This document shows positions 27,991 through 36,167 of a stretch of DNA of 64,000 nucleotides, one piece after another. The notes under the pieces are model-generated. The model was not told where the DNA came from, ran no database searches, and saw nothing but the letters and a program-made list of their open reading frames with translations. How positions within the stretch are numbered: position 1 is the first letter of the stretch; the number at the start of each line of letters is the position of its first letter. Origin of the DNA: an uncultured Methanosarcinales archaeon (GTDB taxonomy: Archaea > Nanobdellota > Nanobdellia > Woesearchaeales > JAGVZT01); NCBI GenBank assembly GCA_964354685.1, contig CAYHAM010000005.1, forward strand, positions 9,942-73,941. Reading direction: 5' to 3'. The position numbers and the translations under genes were made by a program.

Positions 27991-29553
27991 TCATTTATAA
28001 TCTGCAAGGCTGATTTGGCCTTTTCTTTTTCTTGGCTTTACCTTTATCTTTGACTCAGCATAGTCTTGTCCAACTTGTTGCTTGATGTCAATTGCAATGC
28101 GCTTTCCCAATAGTTGAGTTAGGGTCATAATATTTGCGCTTTTAACATCTGCTATTGTTCTTACCTTGTTGTTGTATAGCCTTCTTGCTCTTACCCTACC
28201 TATGTTTCTGAGCTTTAATAAAGGAAGCAACTCTTCTTTTGCACCATGCTTTATCCTTAATCTTGTTTTGATTAGCTCTTTTAATAATGGTTTTAGTTGT
28301 AGGATTCTTGCAATCTCGTATGAAGAGTAGAGTAACCAGTCTGCTATCTCAAGCTTTACTCTAAGTTCGCCAGGTCTGATATCATATTTCTCTAATAGAT
28401 ATTCCTCTTCTTTTTCCTCAATCCAATCATAGAACATTAAAGCTGTTTTTATTGAGTTTAGAAAGTCTTCATACTCTGGGTCGTACAATGAAGGTTCATT
28501 TGACAAAATGATGTTGTCATATTCAACAATCTTTTCTTGGGTTTGCTCCCATTCTTTTGTTTTTACTCTGAGCAATGGCCTCATCTCAAGTGTTTGGGAT
28601 ATTATTTGTAGGAAGGAGAATTCTCTAACAAGCTTTGTTTTTGCTCTTTTTTGGCAAACAACTATTTGGTGTGCTGTTAGTGGATCAAGGTAGAGTTGTG
28701 CCACTCTTTTTCCAAGGTTTGTTGCATTTATGCATTCTTTGTCAAGTTGTTCTGCTGATACAAACTCTTTTCTAGAGGTTTTTATGAATTCCCATTCTTC
28801 TAGTTGTCCTAGTGTTTTTGTTATTATCTTCCTTAGCTTGGGCATGTCCTCAAACTGCATTGCCCAGAATGTTTTTGAGAAGAAGTCAAAGATTTGTTGC
28901 TTTGTTTTTACAAAATCCGTTGCTATTAAAGATAAGAGGTATGTTCTCAGAACTGGTTCTACTGCTAATTTCGAGTAGATTTCTTCTGGTTCTCCAAGGA
29001 TGTATTTTTCATAGATGTTGTTTTTTTCTGCACTTGAGGTTGCTATTGAAATTGCTTCGCCATATTTGTCAAAGCTTGGTCTGCCTGCTCTGCCTGCTTG
29101 TTGATGGTATTCCAAAACAGGTATCCAGTCTAAGCCATGATGTCCATATCTTTTTAGGTCTCGGATTATTGTTCTAAATGCTGGCAAATCTACGCCAGCT
29201 GCAAGTGTTGGTGTGCAGCATATTATTTTTATTGTGCCTTTTCTGAATTCATCTTCTATTAGGCTGCGCTGCTTTTGAACTAAGCCAGCATGGTGGAATG
29301 CAATTCCTTTTTTAGCAACCTCTGCAAGCCTTTCACATTGTTTTGTTGGTTTTGAGAGTGCTTTTAGGAGTTGGGTGGATAGCTGTTCATATTTTGGATC
29401 TTTTGTTTTGATCTTTTTTGCTATGTCTTCTGCACATTTTTCTGCACTGCGCTTTGTGTTGACAAATATTAATGCTTGTTTATTTTTTTTGGTTGTGTCT
29501 AATGCGAGGTCAATTACAGGGTTTGCAGTTATTTGCTCTATTTTCGTTTTCAT
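27991..29553 (-). CDS. hel308: Hel308/Ski2-like helicase lacking the N-terminal RecA1 domain
   Basis: LIFVNTKRSAE, HHAGL, TPTLAAGVDLPA, QQAGRAGRP, RVRARRLY present; no Walker A/B. Confidence 0.8.
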   Translation of the reverse strand: MKTKIEQITANPVIDLALDTTKKNKQALIFVNTKRSAEKCAEDIAKKIKTKDPKYEQLSTQLLKALSKPTKQCERLAEVAKKGIAFHHAGLVQKQRSLIEDEFRKGTIKIICCTPTLAAGVDLPAFRTIIRDLKRYGHHGLDWIPVLEYHQQAGRAGRPSFDKYGEAISIATSSAEKNNIYEKYILGEPEEIYSKLAVEPVLRTYLLSLIATDFVKTKQQIFDFFSKTFWAMQFEDMPKLRKIITKTLGQLEEWEFIKTSRKEFVSAEQLDKECINATNLGKRVAQLYLDPLTAHQIVVCQKRAKTKLVREFSFLQIISQTLEMRPLLRVKTKEWEQTQEKIVEYDNIILSNEPSLYDPEYEDFLNSIKTALMFYDWIEEKEEEYLLEKYDIRPGELRVKLEIADWLLYSSYEIARILQLKPLLKELIKTRLRIKHGAKEELLPLLKLRNIGRVRARRLYNNKVRTIADVKSANIMTLTQLLGKRIAIDIKQQVGQDYAESKIKVKPRKRKGQISLADYK

Positions 29554-29555
29554 TT

Positions 29556-30107
29556 TTACAGCATACTCAACACCCTCTCAGCAAAGTGTGTGAAGAGGAA
29601 TAGGTTTATAAGCATGTTTAATGTGAAAGAAATAATACTATTTATTGGATTAAAGCCTAAAGCTAATATGTAAGTGGTATGAATAACTAAGTTAAAGACA
29701 AGTGTTAATATTATGCCTGCTATTGATACATTCAAACCCAAAAGAAGAAAAGAGAGCAAACAGATTATGAAGTAGGCAGCTATTTGAATAAACATTGGGA
29801 TGCATAGGCGTCCATTGAGAATTGAGCCAATAATTAACATGGTTGTTGCTGCAAGCATTGCAAACAATGGAGAAAAGGCAAAGCAAAATATTATTGTTAT
29901 GAATGTTATGAGCTCAAATCCCAATGATAGTTGAATGAACCTTTTCCAAAATATTGAGATTATTCCAATTGAGATTAGTAACAATGTTAGGATTATTGCT
30001 TTAAATCTTTGGAAGAGTATTAAAATAATGAGAATTGATACAAGTAGAATAACATACTTCTTGATGTAATTTTTAGCATCCTGTGATAATACGTATTTGT
30101 TTATCAT
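29556..30107 (-). CDS. Polytopic membrane protein (possibly ECF S-component-like)
   Basis: About 6 TM helices; GFEL motif. Confidence 0.6.
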   Translation of the reverse strand: MINKYVLSQDAKNYIKKYVILLVSILIILILFQRFKAIILTLLLISIGIISIFWKRFIQLSLGFELITFITIIFCFAFSPLFAMLAATTMLIIGSILNGRLCIPMFIQIAAYFIICLLSFLLLGLNVSIAGIILTLVFNLVIHTTYILALGFNPINSIISFTLNMLINLFLFTHFAERVLSML

Positions 30108-30170
30108 TTTTTAATATACAAATATTCTAGATTGGTTTATAAGTATTGTGTCAGAATGTTTTGTGAAAAA

Positions 30171-30303
30171 TGGGCCCGCGGAGACTTTCACTTTTAAAGT
30201 TTTGAACTCCGGACCACCCGATTTCTAAAGCTTTTATCAGTCGGGCACTCCAATACCCAATCTTTTACTTCTGTAAAAGTTTACCAGGCTAAGCTACGGG
30301 CCC
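30171..30303 (-). tRNA. tRNA-Ile(GAT) with three introns (D loop, 37/38, 59/60)
   Basis: GGGCCCG/CGGGCCC-A; CCCGA-CT-GAT-A[12 nt]A-TCGGG; CGGAG-TTCAAA[16 nt]T-CTCCG; about 29-nt D-loop insert. Confidence 0.88.
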
Positions 30304-30329
30304 ATTAAAGCTAGCCACAAGGGCTAGAA

Positions 30330-30413
30330 CGCCCCGGGCCAGGTTTGAACTGGCGACCTTGCGGTTTCTAGGCAAGCTAACAGCCGCACGCTCCACCACT
30401 AAGCTACCGGGGC
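30330..30413 (-). tRNA. tRNA-Asn(GTT) with 12-nt canonical intron
   Basis: GCCCCGG/CCGGGGC-G; TGCGG-CT-GTT-A[GCTTGCCTAGAA]A-CCGCA. Confidence 0.92.
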
Positions 30414-30539
30414 TTAGGGATATGGATTAAATATCCTTTTATATAGTTTTCTATATATTATGTATATAAATGGTAATTTTTGTTTTATTAATAGAATTAA
30501 CGAGGTTGCTATTATCCTTTTTTTATTTTAATATAATAA

Positions 30540-30585
30540 TTAGCGAGTTGCCAGTGCTCAACCACAAAAAAGGCAACTCGTGGTG
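30540..30585 (+). repeat. Dispersed 46-bp hairpin element, copy 5
   Basis: TTAG-CGAGTTGCC-A-GTG-CTCAAC-CAC-AAAAAA-GGCAACTCG-TGGTG. Confidence 0.9.
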
Positions 30586-30608
30586 ATGGTGTTTGTAGAT
30601 ACCCTATG

Positions 30609-30641
30609 TATAAAGAGACTATAAAGAGACTATAAAGAAAC
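30609..30641 (+). repeat. 11-bp tandem repeat x3
   Basis: tataaagagac tataaagagac tataaagaaac. Confidence 0.8.
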
Positions 30642-30696
30642 AAAAGAATTTAACGATAGTTTTATATATAAAATAGGTATTTAGATTCTTGAAAAA

Positions 30697-31245
30697 ATGG
30701 TGAGTGAGAAGCAAAAGGAGTTTAATAAGTATATACACAGTTACTTGAAAAAGCTTCCAAAGGATAGGTATAAGCGTTCTGGAAGTGATTTTGTGCCTAA
30801 GAAAAAGCCTATGGAAGAGGCCGAGGTTCTTGAAGAAAAAGAGTTGGAAAGAGCAGATAAAGATGTTGCGAAGAGGGGTGTTTTCTCAAGGGTTTATGAT
30901 TGGGTTTTTGGTTCTAGGGCAAAGGTTGTTACAGAAGAGGATTTCGGTGATGAGGTTGAACACATAGAAGAAAAGCCTGATATCAAGGAGAAGAAGAGAA
31001 GATCCTACCTTAATTCAATAATGAAAACAGTGGTGAGAGAGAAGAGGACTCAAGTTGATTCTGAAGAACCAGAGACAGTTATAAAAAAGGTTGTTTTGGT
31101 TAGGCCAGAGATTGAAAGGGATATGAAGGTTGTTTTAAGCCTAGTGGATTCTATGATAGTGAAGATAAACACATATGACAGGGCCAAATTTCTAAAGTCT
31201 CAGGAGTATAAGGTTTATCAGGACTTAAGAAAAAGGTATAGGTAG
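30697..31245 (+). CDS. Hypothetical charged cytoplasmic protein
   Basis: 182-aa ORF after a TATA box; Lys/Glu-rich. Confidence 0.65.
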   Translation: MVSEKQKEFNKYIHSYLKKLPKDRYKRSGSDFVPKKKPMEEAEVLEEKELERADKDVAKRGVFSRVYDWVFGSRAKVVTEEDFGDEVEHIEEKPDIKEKKRRSYLNSIMKTVVREKRTQVDSEEPETVIKKVVLVRPEIERDMKVVLSLVDSMIVKINTYDRAKFLKSQEYKVYQDLRKRYR

Positions 31246-31280
31246 ATAGATTTAAATATTTAATAATTGCCAAAACTCCT

Positions 31281-32870
31281 ATGATTGAAAAAAAGAGGGT
31301 TTTGCTGTTGTTGTTGATATTTGTGTTTTTTGTTCCTACTGTTTTGGCAGCTTCTTATGATAAATGGGTTGTTGCTGGTGAAGATATAAGCTTTGATAAT
31401 ACAGTTTTCACAACTGCTATTAACCCAAGGTGGGATATTGCAACAATTGGTTTTGATTCTGAGCTTTTTCTTATTGGAAAGGGTGAGTGTCAGGCTAGTG
31501 CATTGTATAGGGTTTGTTTTAATGATACTAGGTTTGATGTGGTTAAGGGTTATGGGGTGTATAATGTAACAACAGATACTATGACACCTGAGCTTCATAT
31601 AATAATAAGTACTCTTACACCCACTGTTGAGATAACAAGGACTATTGATAAGACACAGCTTTTGATAAATGATGTGGCAACAATATCTGTTAAGGTTGCG
31701 AATGAGGGTGAGAAAAAGGTTTATGACCTCGAGTATATAGATGTTATTCCTAATGAATTCACAATAATAGAAAGGAAGGGTGTTGTTTCTGATGGTAATG
31801 CAATTAAGTGGATTTGGCCATCCCTATCAGGAGAGACTAGTTTTTCTTATAAGATCAAGCTTATTAAGCCTATTAATGTGAGTTGGAAAGCAAGTCTGAG
31901 TTATGTTTTTGAATCAAAAAGTGTTTTTAAAAATACAAGTAGTATAACTGTAAAGAAGATTGAAGCCACTAATCCTCTAAATGTTGAGAGATCATTATCT
32001 CCTACCAATATTAAGGTTGGTGAGGATACATTATATATAATAACTTTAAAAAACACTGATGAGAAGAATGATGTTGAAGTAGAGAGCTTTGTTGTTAGTA
32101 TTCCAAAAAAGGTTGAAATAAAAGGCTATGGTGAGCTTAAAAAAGATCAAAATGATTTAAGCTGGAGCGGAGTAATGGGTCCTGCTACCAACAAAACTTT
32201 TGAGGTTGAGTTAAAGTGTGACTACACTGGGGAATATAAAATAAATATTAGTTTAGAGAATTCTTTTTACAATGAGATAGAGAAGAAAACCCATACTAAA
32301 TTGCAGAACTATTCAAATACATTAAAATCTGATTTTACAAGGCTAGAGCCCTCTGTAAAGTTTATGTTTGACAAAAAAACACTGAATTATGATGATGAGT
32401 CCAATATAAGGGCATTTATTGAGAACAAAGATAGCAAGATTCCATTGTTTGAGGTTGAGTTTGAAGTTAAGAGTGAATTGTTTGATGATTTTGAGAACAC
32501 TTTGGAACACATTTTGCCTGGACAAAAGGTTGAAGCCTTTTATTATCCTTTTAGGACACCATCTTTGTTTGAGGATAAGGTGTACAAGGTAAAGTTTAGT
32601 GGTAGGTATAGAACAGTGTATTATGAGTATTTTAATTTTAGCTCTGAAGGTAGCATAACTGTAAAAAAGGATCCAGACGCGGTTTTTGAAGATGAGGAAC
32701 AACAAACCATTGAAGAAGAACAAGAGGTTGAGCAGACAAGCAACGAGTCTTTGCAAGAGGATATCGTTGTTGAGAAGAATGAATCAGGGGAGCCATTGAT
32801 ACAAAAGAAGGAGAATTTTTTTGTCAAGTTTTTCAAGGCATTGGCTAGTCTAATAAAAGATTTGTTCTAA
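31281..32870 (+). CDS. Secreted multi-Ig (DUF11/BatD-like) protein
   Basis: Signal peptide; repeated V.VxNxG..D.IP..F..W Ig modules; amphipathic FFKALASLIKDLF end. Confidence 0.7.
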   Translation: MIEKKRVLLLLLIFVFFVPTVLAASYDKWVVAGEDISFDNTVFTTAINPRWDIATIGFDSELFLIGKGECQASALYRVCFNDTRFDVVKGYGVYNVTTDTMTPELHIIISTLTPTVEITRTIDKTQLLINDVATISVKVANEGEKKVYDLEYIDVIPNEFTIIERKGVVSDGNAIKWIWPSLSGETSFSYKIKLIKPINVSWKASLSYVFESKSVFKNTSSITVKKIEATNPLNVERSLSPTNIKVGEDTLYIITLKNTDEKNDVEVESFVVSIPKKVEIKGYGELKKDQNDLSWSGVMGPATNKTFEVELKCDYTGEYKINISLENSFYNEIEKKTHTKLQNYSNTLKSDFTRLEPSVKFMFDKKTLNYDDESNIRAFIENKDSKIPLFEVEFEVKSELFDDFENTLEHILPGQKVEAFYYPFRTPSLFEDKVYKVKFSGRYRTVYYEYFNFSSEGSITVKKDPDAVFEDEEQQTIEEEQEVEQTSNESLQEDIVVEKNESGEPLIQKKENFFVKFFKALASLIKDLF

Positions 32871-33901
32871 AAGAATAAACCTCCAAAAATATTTTTAAGG
32901 AAAACAGATAAAAAGGTGTATGAGAATATTGCTGTTACCAAATAGATTGGGATGTATTTTAATCCGCCTTTTATACTACCTGTGGTTATTTCAGAAACAA
33001 TCATTGATGAGCATACTGCAACAACACCAACTGCCACCCTAGAGAAAAGAACAAAGTCATCTATTTTTATTGAGAGGCTTTCAAAACTTAATGGCAAGTC
33101 CACTGCAGATGTTGTTAGAACGCCCATCTTGCCAGAGAGTGACTGGAGTATAAGAAGGAGCTGGTGGGAGAGTGCAAATAGTGCTGGGGCTATGATTATG
33201 ACTATAAAGGAGATGAATATCACATAGGTCATGTTTGTTGCAACAATATCCTGTTTTAGTAGTTTTGTTTCTATTATGTTGTCCACAACTTTGTCTATTA
33301 GTGTGGCCATTTCACCTCCACCTTTTGCGCCTTCGATTATTAGATCAAATGCTCTTCTTGTCATGGGTGAATCATATTTTAGGGTGAATTCTCTCAAAGC
33401 CTCTTCAACATCTTCACCTGTTGCAACCTTTTTTGAGGTAATCTGTATCTCTTTTGACAAAACCCCAAACTCTGGTTTTATTGCCTCCCATAGGGCTTTG
33501 TCAAGGCTCATTCCTCCTTTTAGGTTTTCAGATACAAAGCTTAGAAAGCTATCAAGCACATCTTCGATTTTTTTGGTTCTATTATATATAACAACATCAA
33601 GGTATGAGTAGATGGCGAGTATAAAAAAAGCACTTATTCCTATCTGTATCATGAACCAAACAGCAAAGGTTATTAACAAGAAGAAAAGCATATTGATTTC
33701 TTTTGCTTGAAGTAGGGGATAGACTAGGTAGAAATAAATAAGGTATGTAACTATAAGACTAACATAAAAGAGCAATCCAAAAAATTTGTAAGGAACTTCA
33801 GTTATGCCTGCTTTTAGTAGATACTTTCTTAGGTGGGGTCTGATTCTCTCTGGAACAAATGCCCTTCCAAACTCCTCTAAGAATAATATTTTGAGTTTCA
33901 T
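32867..33901 (-). CDS. Type II secretion F family (TadC/ArlJ-like) platform protein
   Basis: FL..VSENLKGGMSLDKAL...EFGVLS.EI; multi-TM; downstream of ATPase. Confidence 0.88.
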   Translation of the reverse strand: MKLKILFLEEFGRAFVPERIRPHLRKYLLKAGITEVPYKFFGLLFYVSLIVTYLIYFYLVYPLLQAKEINMLFFLLITFAVWFMIQIGISAFFILAIYSYLDVVIYNRTKKIEDVLDSFLSFVSENLKGGMSLDKALWEAIKPEFGVLSKEIQITSKKVATGEDVEEALREFTLKYDSPMTRRAFDLIIEGAKGGGEMATLIDKVVDNIIETKLLKQDIVATNMTYVIFISFIVIIIAPALFALSHQLLLILQSLSGKMGVLTTSAVDLPLSFESLSIKIDDFVLFSRVAVGVVAVCSSMIVSEITTGSIKGGLKYIPIYLVTAIFSYTFLSVFLKNIFGGLFF

Positions 33902-34716
33902 ATGTCCACCATTGGCCTTGAAGACCTTATTATTGATATAAAGAATAGTTGTATAAGTGTTATAAAAAATAAGAAAATGAACAAGGTTGAGAGATCAAGT
34001 TGGAACTTCATTAGGCCTGCAATAATTATGAACATTGCTATTCCTAGTGAGGGCATTACACAAGCAATTATAAGGTAGAATAGTATGATGGAGTTGAGTT
34101 TTCTTGAGTAGGATTTTATTTCTATTTGCTGTTCTCTTGTTATTTCATCAAGAAGCTTTTTTAGAGATGTTGAGATATCTACTCCTGTCTTTAATGAATT
34201 TAGGATCTGTCTTAGTACCAACTTAAATGAACGTGAGGTGTTGTATTCAATGGCATCTTCTAGGGCTTGTTCTATTGGTTTTCCAAGGTTTATGTCGTCA
34301 ACTATCTCCTTGAAGAATTTACCACCAACGCCGTAGCCTTTTGATGCATCTGTGAGTGCATTTAGCAGGGGTATACCAGAGTCAATCTTTATTAGCAAAT
34401 AGCGTGTTGCAAATAGTACATCTTTGTTGATTTCTCTTTCTCTTCTTCTTATGTAAACCTTTGGGGTGTTCATAAAGAAGGTGTAGAGTAAGATAAATAA
34501 GACAGGAAATGACAATATTATGTAGCCTAGTGGGATTCCCCTTTTTGAGAATAGTAGAAAAAGCAAAAAAGCGAGACCAATTGAGGAGTATAATGAGACG
34601 ATAATGTTTCTTTTTATGAATTTTTTTGGTTTTATATCTAGGTGAGCTGCCTTGAGCATTAGCTTGAGCTTTCTGCTAGGCTTGAATAGCGCATCAAAAG
34701 GTTCTAGGTCTCTCAT
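33898..34716 (-). CDS. Type II secretion F family (TadB-like) platform protein
   Basis: I.SGIPL.NAL, GKPIEQAL, QILNSLKTG. Confidence 0.88.
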   Translation of the reverse strand: MRDLEPFDALFKPSRKLKLMLKAAHLDIKPKKFIKRNIIVSLYSSIGLAFLLFLLFSKRGIPLGYIILSFPVLFILLYTFFMNTPKVYIRRREREINKDVLFATRYLLIKIDSGIPLLNALTDASKGYGVGGKFFKEIVDDINLGKPIEQALEDAIEYNTSRSFKLVLRQILNSLKTGVDISTSLKKLLDEITREQQIEIKSYSRKLNSIILFYLIIACVMPSLGIAMFIIIAGLMKFQLDLSTLFIFLFFITLIQLFFISIIRSSRPMVDI

Positions 34717-34717
34717 C

Positions 34718-36166
34718 TTAGATCTTTATCATAAGCCTTCCTGAGTAGTATTTTGCAAAGAACAAACCAAGCTTGTGGATATCAGTAACGTTGTTTTTTA
34801 CAAGTTGTTGGAGTATTGATTTCTTTTCTTCAAGGTCGTTTATTATCTCTTGTGAGGTTAGTCCAGTGTAAAGTGTTAGTGTATCTAACAGTCGTGTCCA
34901 TTCCCTTATTTTGTTGAATTGGTCTGTTTTGTGGTCATATTGATAAACCACTCTTGGGTCACCTGTTTCAGTTATTTCTGCGAACTGGAATGTTCTTCTT
35001 ATACCTGTTCTGCGATTTCTTGTTTGTACTAGTATTAGTGCAACTGCTGGCAGCATCATCTTTGGAATATTTATAGGAGGATTTGTTAGTCTAATCATTG
35101 TTTCTCGAGCATCATTGGCGTGTATTGTTGTGTATACACTATGGCCTGTGTGCATTGCCTCAAAGAGCACTTCTGCCTCGCGTTGTCTTCTTATTTCTCC
35201 AACAACAATTCTGTCAGGTCTCATTCTAAGGGAGTTAACAACAAGGTCAAGCATTGTAACTTCTCCTTTGCCTTCTGGGTTTGGTATCCTGGTTTCCATA
35301 GGTACCCAATGGAGGTTTTCTGGTAGTATTATCTCACGTGTATCTTCTATGCTTATTATTCTCTGGTTTGGTGGGAAGAAGTTACAAACCACGTTCAGGG
35401 TTGAGGTCTTGCCAGTGCCTGTTCCTCCTGCTATTATCATGGAGAGCTCGTTTTGAACTGCCATCCATGTTAAAGCAGCTGCTTCATAGGTTATTGTTTT
35501 GTTGTTGATGAAGTCTGTTATTGTCCATGGCTTTTCAGCAAACTTCCTTATTGTGATTGTGTTTCCCTTTGTTGAGATGGGATATAGAGTTGCATTCACT
35601 CTGTCTCCAGTAGCAAGATTTGCATCAAGTAATGGTTTTAGCAGTGTTATTTCTTTCTGGATGTCTCTACCAATCATGGTTGAGTAGTGTCTTATCCTTG
35701 CTTCTGATGGAATTCTAATATTTGTTTTTAGCCAGCCGTGTTTCTTGTGATAGACCCACAAAGGCTCTTTTGAATTGTTTACAACAATCTCTTCTAGTTG
35801 CCTGTCTTTTAGTAGTATCTCTATGTTACCCATTCCAATGTTCTCTCTCATCACATATGCGACCAATAAGTCTGAGTTTCTCTTGTCAATGTTTGGGAAG
35901 TATTTTTTTATCAGCAATTGTATCTCTTTTTGGAATCTTTGCTGAATGGCTTCTCTGCCACCAGATTCTGAAACTTGAATAGTTCCTGCTGCAACATTTG
36001 TTACAAACTCCTCTTTTAGCTTTTCTAAAATTATGTTGGTGATGGGGCTTATGTTTAAGATGGATATTGAGTATAAGGGTACAAAATCTTTTTCTTTGAG
36101 TGTTATCTCTACATTAACCATCATTTGTCCAACTTCTATTTTGTACGAATCTAGCTTTGTATCCAT
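34718..36166 (-). CDS. Type IV pilus/Tad assembly ATPase (CpaF/VirB11 family)
   Basis: GGTGTGKTS, SIEDTREI, LRMRPDRIVVGEIR, AMHTGH..TIHA. Confidence 0.95.
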   Translation of the reverse strand: MDTKLDSYKIEVGQMMVNVEITLKEKDFVPLYSISILNISPITNIILEKLKEEFVTNVAAGTIQVSESGGREAIQQRFQKEIQLLIKKYFPNIDKRNSDLLVAYVMRENIGMGNIEILLKDRQLEEIVVNNSKEPLWVYHKKHGWLKTNIRIPSEARIRHYSTMIGRDIQKEITLLKPLLDANLATGDRVNATLYPISTKGNTITIRKFAEKPWTITDFINNKTITYEAAALTWMAVQNELSMIIAGGTGTGKTSTLNVVCNFFPPNQRIISIEDTREIILPENLHWVPMETRIPNPEGKGEVTMLDLVVNSLRMRPDRIVVGEIRRQREAEVLFEAMHTGHSVYTTIHANDARETMIRLTNPPINIPKMMLPAVALILVQTRNRRTGIRRTFQFAEITETGDPRVVYQYDHKTDQFNKIREWTRLLDTLTLYTGLTSQEIINDLEEKKSILQQLVKNNVTDIHKLGLFFAKYYSGRLMIKI

Positions 36167-36167
36167 T

